Virus record (IMG/VR): IMGVR_UViG_3300022562_000051
Span: 108,581 to 172,580 of that record
DNA length: 64,000 nt
From: a virus
Lineage: Duplodnaviria; Heunggongvirae; Uroviricota; Caudoviricetes
Direction: 5' to 3' (one strand)
Shown in pieces: positions 29,623-38,913 of this stretch. The number at the start of each line of letters is the position of its first letter. Within the stretch, counting starts at the first letter, position 1. Position numbers and translations under genes: made by a program. Under the pieces are notes generated by a model, which ran no database searches, was not told where the DNA came from, and saw only the letters and a list, made by a program, of their open reading frames with translations.

Positions 29623-30807
29623 ATGAAGAAATACAAGTCAGCATATCCCGCATTGAAGCGCAAGCTCAAAGACCCATTCTCAGCCGTTCATCTGCGTTGG
29701 GTCAAGAAGGCTAAGGACTTCCATCATGGGGATGCTAAGTCGAAGCTTCATGCCAGCATCGTGAACGCGCATATGGGTGAGTCGGTTGAATCCAAAGCTA
29801 ATTCCGAATGGATTGAGAAGCAGCATATCAAGGAACCAGTCAAGAAGCAGGAAAAGAAAATGGCAGAGCAAAAGGATCGTATTGGAACACCAACTCCATC
29901 AGCAGCCGAGATTGCCAAGAAGCATAATGTTCCGCTCAAGGCAATTCACGTACAGATTGCCAAGGGAATCAAGGTCGAGCGCGAGCATACCGATTCGGAT
30001 GCCGAGGCTCATGAAATTGCTCGCGACCATCTGGACGAGTTTCCTGACTACTATGACCGTCTGCACAAGATGGAGAAGGAAGCCAAGAAGGACATGAAGG
30101 AAGGTAAGGTTCTGAGATTCGTTGACAAGATGCTCAACAAGGTTCAAGATCGTGCCGATGCTCGCTTCCAAAAGAAGCATCCAGAATTCAAGGGACACGC
30201 AACTCGTAAGGTTGACTACGCTTCTCCACAACCTAACGCACCAAAAGATCACGTACCAGAGTACAAGATGCTTGAGGCTATGTTGGAAGCCACCTACCAC
30301 GCAAGGGTGGTGTCGCATCCAGCCGTTGCTGATGTGGATCATGGTGGTCCCGGTGATTACTTTGTCAATCTCAAGAAGGGCTGGCATCTTGGGGATGGCT
30401 CCCGTTCATTCGGTAATGAGAGTCCAAGACACGCATGGAAGATGCTGAAACATGCCACACAGAAAGATTACAAGAAGTGGGTATCCGAGGATGTAGCCAA
30501 CTCAGTAGGCGGTGGTAACATTGCTGGTATGCCTACGGCTGATACGCCAGACACTTCCGTACCAAGAGGCGTTGGTATGGTTCGTCGCAAGAAGTTTGCT
30601 GGCAAGCAAGTGTTCGTTGTTGATCCCGATACATTCCACAAGGCTTATCTCGGTAAGCGCAAGTATGAGCATTACGAGAAGTATCTGGAAGGTTGTGACA
30701 TTGCCGAAGAGATTCGCGAATTTGGTCGCACCAATTGGGCAGAGCCAATCATCATCGAAAACGAACAGACAGGAGCGATGGTATATCTTAAATATGGAAG
30801 CAAGTAA
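29623..30807 (+). CDS. hypothetical protein
   Basis: 394-aa ORF. Confidence 0.35.
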   Translation: MKKYKSAYPALKRKLKDPFSAVHLRWVKKAKDFHHGDAKSKLHASIVNAHMGESVESKANSEWIEKQHIKEPVKKQEKKMAEQKDRIGTPTPSAAEIAKKHNVPLKAIHVQIAKGIKVEREHTDSDAEAHEIARDHLDEFPDYYDRLHKMEKEAKKDMKEGKVLRFVDKMLNKVQDRADARFQKKHPEFKGHATRKVDYASPQPNAPKDHVPEYKMLEAMLEATYHARVVSHPAVADVDHGGPGDYFVNLKKGWHLGDGSRSFGNESPRHAWKMLKHATQKDYKKWVSEDVANSVGGGNIAGMPTADTPDTSVPRGVGMVRRKKFAGKQVFVVDPDTFHKAYLGKRKYEHYEKYLEGCDIAEEIREFGRTNWAEPIIIENEQTGAMVYLKYGSK

Positions 30808-32186
30808 TGAAATCATTGAAAGAAAAGAAGATGCTCGCTCGGTTGGCGAGAAACGCTGGAACACCTGATCTTGCTCTTGAAGAATCCATTCGCCGCGAAG
30901 AAGCCCTAGAACAAAAACTATTCACCAAGCCTGCGGTCATTCAGGAAGAGAAAGTCTTTGTGCAGGAGTTGGTGGACGATCCTCGTTCATCCTCTGGCAA
31001 GAGTCTGGTGCAGCAAGCCGTAGATGCGGTACACACTCTACCTAATCACAAACCACCGATGCTGCAAGAGAAGCTGCGGGATGCTGAGATAGGTGCGATT
31101 CGTCAATCCATTGCTGACCTTGTGGCTAAAGTAGGAACTCTGTCATGGGGTGGCGGCGGTACTGGTGCGGTTCGATTCGATGCGCTGGACGATCATCAGC
31201 ATCCAACCGACATTCGTGTTCTGGAATTCAATCCAGCCGGTCCCGGTATGGACCCCGTTCCATTTCCTTCGCTGGCATGGAATCCAGACGAAGAATGTCT
31301 GGATATCTATCAGCCCGATAACACTGTCTGTCAGGTGGGATTGGAACAATACATTCGCGCTCGCAATGATACGGGCAGCACTGTGCCATCAGGCAAGTTT
31401 GTGCGCTTTGCTGGTGTCACCGACTCAGCCAACCCGACATTTGAATTGTATATTGCGGATGGTACAATACCACCACTCTACACCATCGGCGTAACCACCG
31501 AAGATATTCTGGATGGAGACACCGGCAGAATTACTACATTCGGCAAGGTTCGCGGTATTGACACAGGCATGTGGAACGAGGGTGACTTGCTGTGGGCATC
31601 CGCAACTACTCCCGGCGAACTGACGAATGTTCAACCAACAGCACCAAATCTGGCAGTCTCGGTGGCAGCGGTCACGCATTCATCGAATACTACCGGTGTG
31701 CTTCTGGTCAGACCAACCATCTTTCCGAAATTACACTTAGCAACATTCCATGACGATACCACACAAACTGCGGCACAAGCCAATACTCCGTATGCTGTGG
31801 CATTCAACACTACAGAACTAACCTGTGGGCATATCACACTGGATGGTGGTAATGCTGCCAATGTGGTGTTCAATGAGCAGGGATTGTATGACTTCTCCAT
31901 GCGACTACACTTCTCGTCCACGAACTCCTCTCGTTCGTTCATCTGGATTTGGTATCGCGTCAATGGTGTAGATGTTCCTGATTCAACCACCAAGTTCTCC
32001 ATTGAAAGCAACGGTGGTCTGCGTAACGCTGCGTGGTCGTTTACTCTGTCTCTTGATGCCGGTGACACGGTTCAAATCATGTGGGCAGTGGATGCAACTT
32101 CGGTTGTGCTGAGTTCACCAGAAGACACCGCATTCTGTCCATCCACTCCATCCGCAAAACTTCTAGTCAAACAGGTAAACCTCTAA
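30807..32186 (+). CDS. hypothetical protein, possible virion/receptor-binding protein
   Basis: Gly-rich stretch; sits immediately upstream of the lysis cassette. Confidence 0.3.
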   Translation: MKSLKEKKMLARLARNAGTPDLALEESIRREEALEQKLFTKPAVIQEEKVFVQELVDDPRSSSGKSLVQQAVDAVHTLPNHKPPMLQEKLRDAEIGAIRQSIADLVAKVGTLSWGGGGTGAVRFDALDDHQHPTDIRVLEFNPAGPGMDPVPFPSLAWNPDEECLDIYQPDNTVCQVGLEQYIRARNDTGSTVPSGKFVRFAGVTDSANPTFELYIADGTIPPLYTIGVTTEDILDGDTGRITTFGKVRGIDTGMWNEGDLLWASATTPGELTNVQPTAPNLAVSVAAVTHSSNTTGVLLVRPTIFPKLHLATFHDDTTQTAAQANTPYAVAFNTTELTCGHITLDGGNAANVVFNEQGLYDFSMRLHFSSTNSSRSFIWIWYRVNGVDVPDSTTKFSIESNGGLRNAAWSFTLSLDAGDTVQIMWAVDATSVVLSSPEDTAFCPSTPSAKLLVKQVNL

Positions 32187-32833
32187 TGCAACTACTAACC
32201 AAAGAAAAGTTTCTTGAGATATTTCCACAGGGAGCAAACACACCGCTAGGACTGGATGAATTGGTCTGGCAGCTACAGGTTGCTCTCAATTCGCTCGTAG
32301 ATGATTTTGGACATAATACGACTTATCGGCAGGCAGCATTTCTCGCACAGACGGGACATGAGTCAGCCAACTTCACAGCAGTTAAGGAAAACCTAAACTA
32401 CTCACAGCAAGCTTTGCGTAGAGTATTCGGCAAATATTTCCCAACTGACGAATTGGCTGCGCAATACGCTCGCCAGCCCGAGAAGATCGCGAATCGTGTC
32501 TATGCAAATCGCATGGGGAATGGCAACGAAGCATCCGGCGATGGTTGGAAATTCCGTGGGCGTGGGTTAATTCAACTTACAGGTAAGAACAATTACGTTG
32601 CTTGTGGGGCAGACCTCAATCGTGATCTGGTGTCCGATCCAACGTGGCTAGAAACGGCTGCGGGTGCTGTGGATTCTGCACTTTGGTACTGGAATAAGAA
32701 TTCCCTAAATACATACGCGGATGCGGAAGATATTCGCGGCATGACTAAGCGTATTAACGGTGGATATCATGGACTTGATGACAGAATTGCAAAGTATGAA
32801 AAGGCAAAACAGGTTCTATCCACAGGTGTCTAA
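32186..32833 (+). CDS. endolysin, GH19 chitinase/lysozyme-like
   Basis: NGNEASGDGWKFRGRGLIQLTGKNNY signature of GH19-type phage lysins. Confidence 0.65.
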   Translation: MQLLTKEKFLEIFPQGANTPLGLDELVWQLQVALNSLVDDFGHNTTYRQAAFLAQTGHESANFTAVKENLNYSQQALRRVFGKYFPTDELAAQYARQPEKIANRVYANRMGNGNEASGDGWKFRGRGLIQLTGKNNYVACGADLNRDLVSDPTWLETAAGAVDSALWYWNKNSLNTYADAEDIRGMTKRINGGYHGLDDRIAKYEKAKQVLSTGV

Positions 32834-33096
32834 TGTCAATCGGAGAACGCTGGATCAAAGGAAAATGGCGACCAATGATGGGTTGGATGTACATGATTGT
32901 GTGCATCTTCGACTTCATCATCTTTCCCGCAGCGTGGTCGTGGCATCTTGGTAGTCTAGGTCAGCCAGTAACACAGTGGAGTCCACTTACGCTACAGCAG
33001 GGTGGATTCTTTCATATCACCATGGGCGTCATTCTTGGTGTGTACGCATGGCGGCGCACTGATGAAAAACTTAAAGACGTAGATGTGGTAAAGTGA
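32833..33096 (+). CDS. holin candidate (2 TM)
   Basis: Two hydrophobic helices with charged C-terminus; adjacent to endolysin. Confidence 0.4.
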   Translation: MSIGERWIKGKWRPMMGWMYMIVCIFDFIIFPAAWSWHLGSLGQPVTQWSPLTLQQGGFFHITMGVILGVYAWRRTDEKLKDVDVVK

Positions 33097-33103
33097 GGGC
33101 ATC

Positions 33104-33640
33104 ATGTTAGCATTTAATTTAATTCCGCTGCCATATAAAATTCTTGGTGGGCTAGCAATTCTTGCAACGCTCGTCGGTGGATCAATGTGGTATGGATATA
33201 ACAAGGCAGAAAATAAGTACATTGCCAAGATCGCTACATACAAGACAGAAGCAGAATTGCTACAGACGAAACTTGATGCTGCTCTGGCTGATGTAAAGGT
33301 TGAGGTTGTGACTGAATACGTTGATCGTGTTCAGACTATCAAGGAGAAAGAATATGTCTACCGCGACAAAATTGTTACCGTTCCTTCTAAGTGTGAGCTT
33401 TCTGATGGTTGGGTGTACTTGCACGACTCTAGTGCCACAGGCAACGATGCCGACCCCGCCCGAGTCGCTGATGAAGCCGCCTCTGGAATTAAAGACACTC
33501 AAGCCCTCGACACCGTTATCGGAAACTACTCCGTCTGCCAGCAGAACGCCGAGCAGCTAAAGTCGTTACAGAAATGGTTGCTTGAAGCACAAAAAGAAGT
33601 AGAGCGTCAAAACGCCGAGGCAAAGAAGAGAGCTAAGTGA
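33104..33640 (+). CDS. i-spanin candidate (Rz-like)
   Basis: N-terminal TM, then periplasmic coiled-coil. Confidence 0.5.
   Translation: MLAFNLIPLPYKILGGLAILATLVGGSMWYGYNKAENKYIAKIATYKTEAELLQTKLDAALADVKVEVVTEYVDRVQTIKEKEYVYRDKIVTVPSKCELSDGWVYLHDSSATGNDADPARVADEAASGIKDTQALDTVIGNYSVCQQNAEQLKSLQKWLLEAQKEVERQNAEAKKRAK
33354..33560 (+). CDS. o-spanin candidate (Rz1-like lipoprotein) embedded in +1 frame of the i-spanin
   Basis: Signal plus lipobox LMVG-C, Pro-rich mature part, entirely inside the i-spanin gene. Confidence 0.5.
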   Translation: MSTATKLLPFLLSVSFLMVGCTCTTLVPQATMPTPPESLMKPPLELKTLKPSTPLSETTPSASRTPSS

Positions 33641-34008
33641 TGGACTTCGAAGACAAGCTGAACAAAATGGAGATTGAGTTGAGTGCGCTTAAGGAGAAGG
33701 TCAACTTCTTCAATGTGATTTACGGTAAATTCGACGTAACTCTAGGAAAGATACAAGAAATGATCGAAAATCGCAGATACGAAAACGCAGAAGAAATCAA
33801 GGATGTATATGATCGCATAGCATCCACCGAGAAAGCCGTACTTGATGAAATGAAATCTCTTCGGGCTGAAATGAAAGAAATGAACACCAATCAGGAACGC
33901 AAGATTGCTGATCTTGATAAGTGGCGTTGGATCGTCGTGGGCGGCGCGGTTGTTGTCGGCTGGCTTCTATCCAGAATTGCGGAAAATGCAGACAAATTTA
34001 TTCAATGA
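33637..34008 (+). CDS. coiled-coil protein with C-terminal TM anchor
   Basis: Heptad-rich, C-terminal WIVVGGAVVVGWLL. Confidence 0.35.
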   Translation: MMDFEDKLNKMEIELSALKEKVNFFNVIYGKFDVTLGKIQEMIENRRYENAEEIKDVYDRIASTEKAVLDEMKSLRAEMKEMNTNQERKIADLDKWRWIVVGGAVVVGWLLSRIAENADKFIQ

Positions 34009-34253
34009 TCACCTTCAAGCAATTCAGGGCTGCATCTAAATCTTACGGCAGGGGAATGGATAACACCCGCACTCCTGCGGTTCACCATGTCCACAAAGAC
34101 GGCGAACATGTAGCTACAATTAGAGCGAACGCCACTCGCCCATACGAGACTCCCACCTATAAAGTTCATGATGCTAAGACGCATAAGGAACTAAAATATA
34201 TCTACAAGGGTGGACTCAAAGCAGCTAAAGATTGGGCTGAAAAGAACTTGTAA
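34005..34253 (+). CDS. hypothetical small protein
   Basis: ATGA junction. Confidence 0.3.
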   Translation: MITFKQFRAASKSYGRGMDNTRTPAVHHVHKDGEHVATIRANATRPYETPTYKVHDAKTHKELKYIYKGGLKAAKDWAEKNL

Positions 34254-34282
34254 AACCCCAAAACTCATGCTATACTATCCGC

Positions 34283-35302
34283 ATGAGTGTCTTTATTGAT
34301 CGCAAATTTCTAGGTCAGGTACAATTCAGGCTTGAGCGTTTCTCTCAAAAGAAACCCGACCTGTATAATTTCCGCTGCCCGTACTGCTTTGACTCTAAGA
34401 AGAGTAAGTCAAAGGCGCGTGGTTACGTCTATCGCAAGGGCAACGATTACTTTTATCGGTGTCACAACTGCGGCGAGGGAACCACCTTCAATAATTTCTT
34501 GAAGTTCCTTGATCCTTACGCTCACAAGCAATACGTATTAGAGAAATACTCCGAGGGGAACAACAAACACTCCCCGGTGGAGAAACCGGACTTTGAGGAA
34601 TTAAAGGGAAATGCCTTTGATCACTTCGCATCGAAGCCGAAAACTCTAAGCCTGACAAGGGTTTCCGATTTACCCGATTCGCACTTTGCCAAAGACTATA
34701 TACTAAACCGTCGTATACCTGAGAAGTTCTGGAACGAGATTTACTTCACCGAAAATTTCAAGAACTTCATGGATACGGACTTCCCCGACCATGGCAAGAA
34801 CGAGCTTCCAGCAGATGCTCGTATCGTGTTGTTGTTTACGGATGACAAGGGTAATCCAACAGTCGTAGCAGGCAGAGCATTAGAGAACTCAAAGATGCGT
34901 TATATCTCAGTTAAGGTAGCCGAGCATGATCGAAAATTATTTGGAACACAACGGTTGGATACCACCAAGCCAGCGTTCGCAGTTGAAGGACAGTTTGATT
35001 CTATGTTTGTTGATAATTGCGTTGCTACCGGGGATTCCCATCTTGTGGGTGCAGCGGAAGTATTTCCAGACGTTGACTGGACTCTCGTCTACGACAACGA
35101 ACCAAGGAACCGAGAACTGACGCGGCAGATTGAAGTCGCCATAGATAAAGGATACAAGGTCTGTATCTTTCCAGCCGACCTACCGTACAAAGATATCAAT
35201 GATATGGTACTAGGCGGGGTTGATGTGATGAAGTTGATTACCGAGAATACCGTACAGGGTATTCCGGCTACGTTAAAGTTTATGCAATGGAAGAGGTCAT
35301 GA
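34283..35302 (+). CDS. DNA primase (T4 gp61-like, zinc ribbon plus TOPRIM)
   Basis: CPYC...CHNC zinc ribbon; EGQFDSMFV TOPRIM acidic motif. Confidence 0.65.
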   Translation: MSVFIDRKFLGQVQFRLERFSQKKPDLYNFRCPYCFDSKKSKSKARGYVYRKGNDYFYRCHNCGEGTTFNNFLKFLDPYAHKQYVLEKYSEGNNKHSPVEKPDFEELKGNAFDHFASKPKTLSLTRVSDLPDSHFAKDYILNRRIPEKFWNEIYFTENFKNFMDTDFPDHGKNELPADARIVLLFTDDKGNPTVVAGRALENSKMRYISVKVAEHDRKLFGTQRLDTTKPAFAVEGQFDSMFVDNCVATGDSHLVGAAEVFPDVDWTLVYDNEPRNRELTRQIEVAIDKGYKVCIFPADLPYKDINDMVLGGVDVMKLITENTVQGIPATLKFMQWKRS

Positions 35303-36015
35303 TTATGGACGAGTGGGAACAGCATTGTGAAGAGAATAATCCATATAAGGTGGATGTACTAGACAACGGTTTCGTGCGTCTGGTAGATGCGATGGGAAAT
35401 GATCTTTCCATTGTGAGGTCTGCCAGAGTATCCTATGACGCAGATTGGCGCGAAGGCGACGAGAAGAAAGACGAGAAGTTGATTGCTTATCTGATGAAGA
35501 ATAAGCACACTTCTCCCTTCGAATCGGTGGTCTTTACATTCGAAGTCAAAGCTCCCATCTTTGTGTTTCGGCAGTGGCATCGTCACCGCACATGGAGCTA
35601 CAACGAAATCTCCGCACGATACACAGAACTGGATGAAGGATTCTATGTCCCTGAGTTGAAGAATATTACTCAGCAGCATTCCAGCAATAAGCAGATGCGC
35701 ACTACGGAGCAGCATCCAAACGCAGAAGGAATTCGTGACATTATTGAGAGTCACAATGAACAAGCGTTTGCAATGTATCGTGTTCTGGTAAAAGAGGGTT
35801 GCCCTCGCGAGTTAGCCAGATCAGTCCTGCCTGTCGGGGCATACAGCAGAATGTTCGCAACGGTTGATCTACACAACCTGTTCCATTTCCTGCGGCTCCG
35901 ACTTCACGAACATTCACAGTATGAAATCCGCGTCTATGCGGAAGCCATGCTACAGTTGATTGAACCTGTTGTGCCTGTAGCTACCAGAGAGTTCAAGAAA
36001 TCACTAGAAGGATAA
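35287..36015 (+). CDS. thyX: flavin-dependent thymidylate synthase ThyX
   Basis: ThyX signature RHRTWSYNEISARY (RHRx7S). Confidence 0.75.
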   Translation: MEEVMIMDEWEQHCEENNPYKVDVLDNGFVRLVDAMGNDLSIVRSARVSYDADWREGDEKKDEKLIAYLMKNKHTSPFESVVFTFEVKAPIFVFRQWHRHRTWSYNEISARYTELDEGFYVPELKNITQQHSSNKQMRTTEQHPNAEGIRDIIESHNEQAFAMYRVLVKEGCPRELARSVLPVGAYSRMFATVDLHNLFHFLRLRLHEHSQYEIRVYAEAMLQLIEPVVPVATREFKKSLEG

Positions 36016-36019
36016 TAAA

Positions 36020-37927
36020 ATGTCAAGCCGTCTACCTACCATTTATCAGGATTTCATCCACATTAGTCGCTACGCACGTTACAGTGATGAACTGAAACGC
36101 CGTGAGACTTGGGACGAAACTGTTGATCGTTATCTTAACTATTTCAAGAAGTATACGAACAACAACAAAAAAGTTCCGTGGGATGAATTGCGCACGGCAA
36201 TTCTGAATCTGGAAGTCATGCCTTCGATGAGAGCCTTGATGACGGCTGGCACTGCATTGGAGAAAGATCAGGTCGCAGGATACAACTGCTCGTATCTGGT
36301 CATTGACAATCCAAAAGCATTCGATGAAATCATGTACATTCTCATGTGCGGCACCGGAGTTGGATTCTCGGTTGAGTCGCGCTACGTAAACAAGCTACCG
36401 GAGATTCCAGATGAATTCTACGAAACTGATACCACGGTTGTATTTCGCGACTCTAAGCTTGGGTGGGCTACTGGTTATCGCGAGTTTATTAGCCTACTCT
36501 ACAGCGGCAAGATCGCTAAGTACGATGTGTCGAAAATCCGACCCGCAGGAGAAAGGCTCAAGACCTTCGGCGGCAGAGCGTCGGGACCGGAACCGCTAGT
36601 AGATTTGCTTGAGTTCAGCAAGCGCACGTTCATGAAAGCGCGTGGACGCAAGCTGACCACGCTGGAATGCCACGATATCGTCTGTAAGATCGCAGACATT
36701 GTGGTGTGTGGTGGCGTTCGACGCTCCGCACTAATCAGTCTTTCTGACCTGAACGATGACCATCTGCGTAACGCGAAGGCTGGTCAGTGGTGGCTGGCTG
36801 ATGGGCAACGCTCGCTAGCCAACAATTCTGCGGTCTATGAACAGAAGCCAGACATGGATACTTTCATGAAAGAGTGGTTCTCTCTGTATCGTTCGAAGTC
36901 TGGCGAGCGCGGATTCTTCTCGCGTCAGGCTTCGCAAGCTGTCGCAGCCAAGTACGGCAGGCGTGATGATAACGTGGACTATGGTACTAACCCATGTTCT
37001 GAAATTATTCTGCGCCCGTATCAGTTCTGTAATCTTTCCGAGGTCGTAGTCAGGGAATCGGACACTCAAGACACTCTGCTACGTAAGGTTCGTCTGGCTA
37101 CGATTCTCGGAACGTTACAGGCTACACAAACTAACTTCCGCTATATTAACAAGCGTTGGAAGAACAACACGGAAGAGGAAGCACTGCTAGGGGTATCTCT
37201 CACTGGTATTATGGATAACATCTACACCAGTGGGCAGTATTGGGAAACCGGCATGGAAGGTAATGTACTACAATTCCTATTGCCTGCATTGCGTGAGGAA
37301 GCGGTCAAGACCAACAAGGAATTTGCCAAGGCACTCGGTATCAATCCAGCCGCAGCTATCACTTGCGTCAAGCCATCCGGCACCGTGTCACAGCTTGTAG
37401 ACTCAGCCAGCGGCATTCACCCGCGCTATGCTCACCACTACATTCGCCGTGTTCGTGCTGACAAGAAAGACCCGCTAGCCAATTTCATGATCAGCAAGGG
37501 TTACGTAGCCGAAGAGGATACGTATGGCAAGTCTAATTGGGTTTTCTCATTCCCGATGAAGACGCCAAAGGATTCCATCACCGTTAAGGATGTAAGTGCA
37601 ATTAAGCAGTTGGAACTGTGGAAGTTGTATCAGGAACATTGGTGTGAACACAAGCCATCCATCACCGTCTATGTGGACGAGCATGAGTGGATGGAAGTTG
37701 GCGCATGGGTATACAAGAACATTGAAACCCTGTCGGGAGTTTCTTTCTTGCCGCGTGATAATGGAACATATCGTCAGGCTCCATACGAAACGATCACCGA
37801 AGAGAAGTATCAGGAATTGCTTGCTACTCAGAACCTAGATATAGATTGGACGGAGTTCCATGAGGAAACCGACAACACTGAAAATGTGAAGACGTTAGCC
37901 TGTTCAGCAGGAGTATGTGAGTTATGA
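36020..37927 (+). CDS. nrdJ: ribonucleotide reductase, class II (NrdJ-like, monomeric B12-dependent type)
   Basis: 635 aa. N-terminal IHISRYARY motif, active-site Cys region NPCSEI; no adjacent small subunit. Confidence 0.65.
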   Translation: MSSRLPTIYQDFIHISRYARYSDELKRRETWDETVDRYLNYFKKYTNNNKKVPWDELRTAILNLEVMPSMRALMTAGTALEKDQVAGYNCSYLVIDNPKAFDEIMYILMCGTGVGFSVESRYVNKLPEIPDEFYETDTTVVFRDSKLGWATGYREFISLLYSGKIAKYDVSKIRPAGERLKTFGGRASGPEPLVDLLEFSKRTFMKARGRKLTTLECHDIVCKIADIVVCGGVRRSALISLSDLNDDHLRNAKAGQWWLADGQRSLANNSAVYEQKPDMDTFMKEWFSLYRSKSGERGFFSRQASQAVAAKYGRRDDNVDYGTNPCSEIILRPYQFCNLSEVVVRESDTQDTLLRKVRLATILGTLQATQTNFRYINKRWKNNTEEEALLGVSLTGIMDNIYTSGQYWETGMEGNVLQFLLPALREEAVKTNKEFAKALGINPAAAITCVKPSGTVSQLVDSASGIHPRYAHHYIRRVRADKKDPLANFMISKGYVAEEDTYGKSNWVFSFPMKTPKDSITVKDVSAIKQLELWKLYQEHWCEHKPSITVYVDEHEWMEVGAWVYKNIETLSGVSFLPRDNGTYRQAPYETITEEKYQELLATQNLDIDWTEFHEETDNTENVKTLACSAGVCEL

Positions 37928-38913
37928 ACTTTGTTGCAAAAACACTGAGGGCAGGGGGTAGTATTACTCCCCTGCTAATTTCGCCAAGTGAGTTCCCTAC
38001 CAAGGGAACTGGTCTATTCAATCCTAGCATTTACAAGGATGGCGACAACATTCTCTGTAATGTTCGTCACTGCCAGTATACCATTCTACATTCGGAGTGG
38101 GGAAGGTTTGAACACCAGTGGGGTCCGCTCGTCTATCTCTGTCCAGAGGACGATCTGACTCTAACTACAACCAACTACATGATGACCTTTGATGGGCATC
38201 TGAATCTCAAGTCAACCCATAGAGTTGATACATCAAAGCTTGACGTAAAGCCAATTTGGGATTTCGTTGGTCTGGAAGATGCGCGAGTTGTGCGTTGGGA
38301 TGGTAAGTTGTATATGACTGGCGTTCGTCGCGATACCACAACCAACGGACAGGGACGCATGGAACTATCTGAGATTCAGATGGGCGACGATAATGTTCTG
38401 CGGGAAGTCTCCCGTTGGCGCATTCCAGCACCGGGGAAGGATGACACCTATTGCGAAAAGAACTGGATGCCGGTTGTGGATATGCCATTCCATTATATCA
38501 AGTGGACTAATCCAACTGAACTGGTCAAGGTTGATCCAGAGGCGAAGACTTGCACCAGTGTCTTTGTGGGCGAACACAAGACGTATCCGATCAATGTAGA
38601 TTTCCGTGGCGGCAGTCAGGTCATTCCTTTCGGTAAGTATCGAATTGCTATTACGCATCTTCTCACCAAGTTCCACAAGAGCGAAGCAGGAAGAAAGAAT
38701 GCGCAGTATCGTCATGCGTTCGTTGTGTGGGACGAGAACTGGAAGTGTATCAAGCTAGGTGAAATCTTTGATTTCATGGGTGGTGAGATTGAGTTCTGTT
38801 GCGGTATGACTGAACACAATGGCAACTTCTTAGTTACCTTTGGATTTCAGGACAACGCAGCTTACATGCTGAATGTGCCGCGAGTTGTTATTGAGGAATA
38901 CGTTCATGGATAA
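37924..38913 (+). CDS. hypothetical protein
   Basis: ORF. Confidence 0.35.
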   Translation: MNFVAKTLRAGGSITPLLISPSEFPTKGTGLFNPSIYKDGDNILCNVRHCQYTILHSEWGRFEHQWGPLVYLCPEDDLTLTTTNYMMTFDGHLNLKSTHRVDTSKLDVKPIWDFVGLEDARVVRWDGKLYMTGVRRDTTTNGQGRMELSEIQMGDDNVLREVSRWRIPAPGKDDTYCEKNWMPVVDMPFHYIKWTNPTELVKVDPEAKTCTSVFVGEHKTYPINVDFRGGSQVIPFGKYRIAITHLLTKFHKSEAGRKNAQYRHAFVVWDENWKCIKLGEIFDFMGGEIEFCCGMTEHNGNFLVTFGFQDNAAYMLNVPRVVIEEYVHG

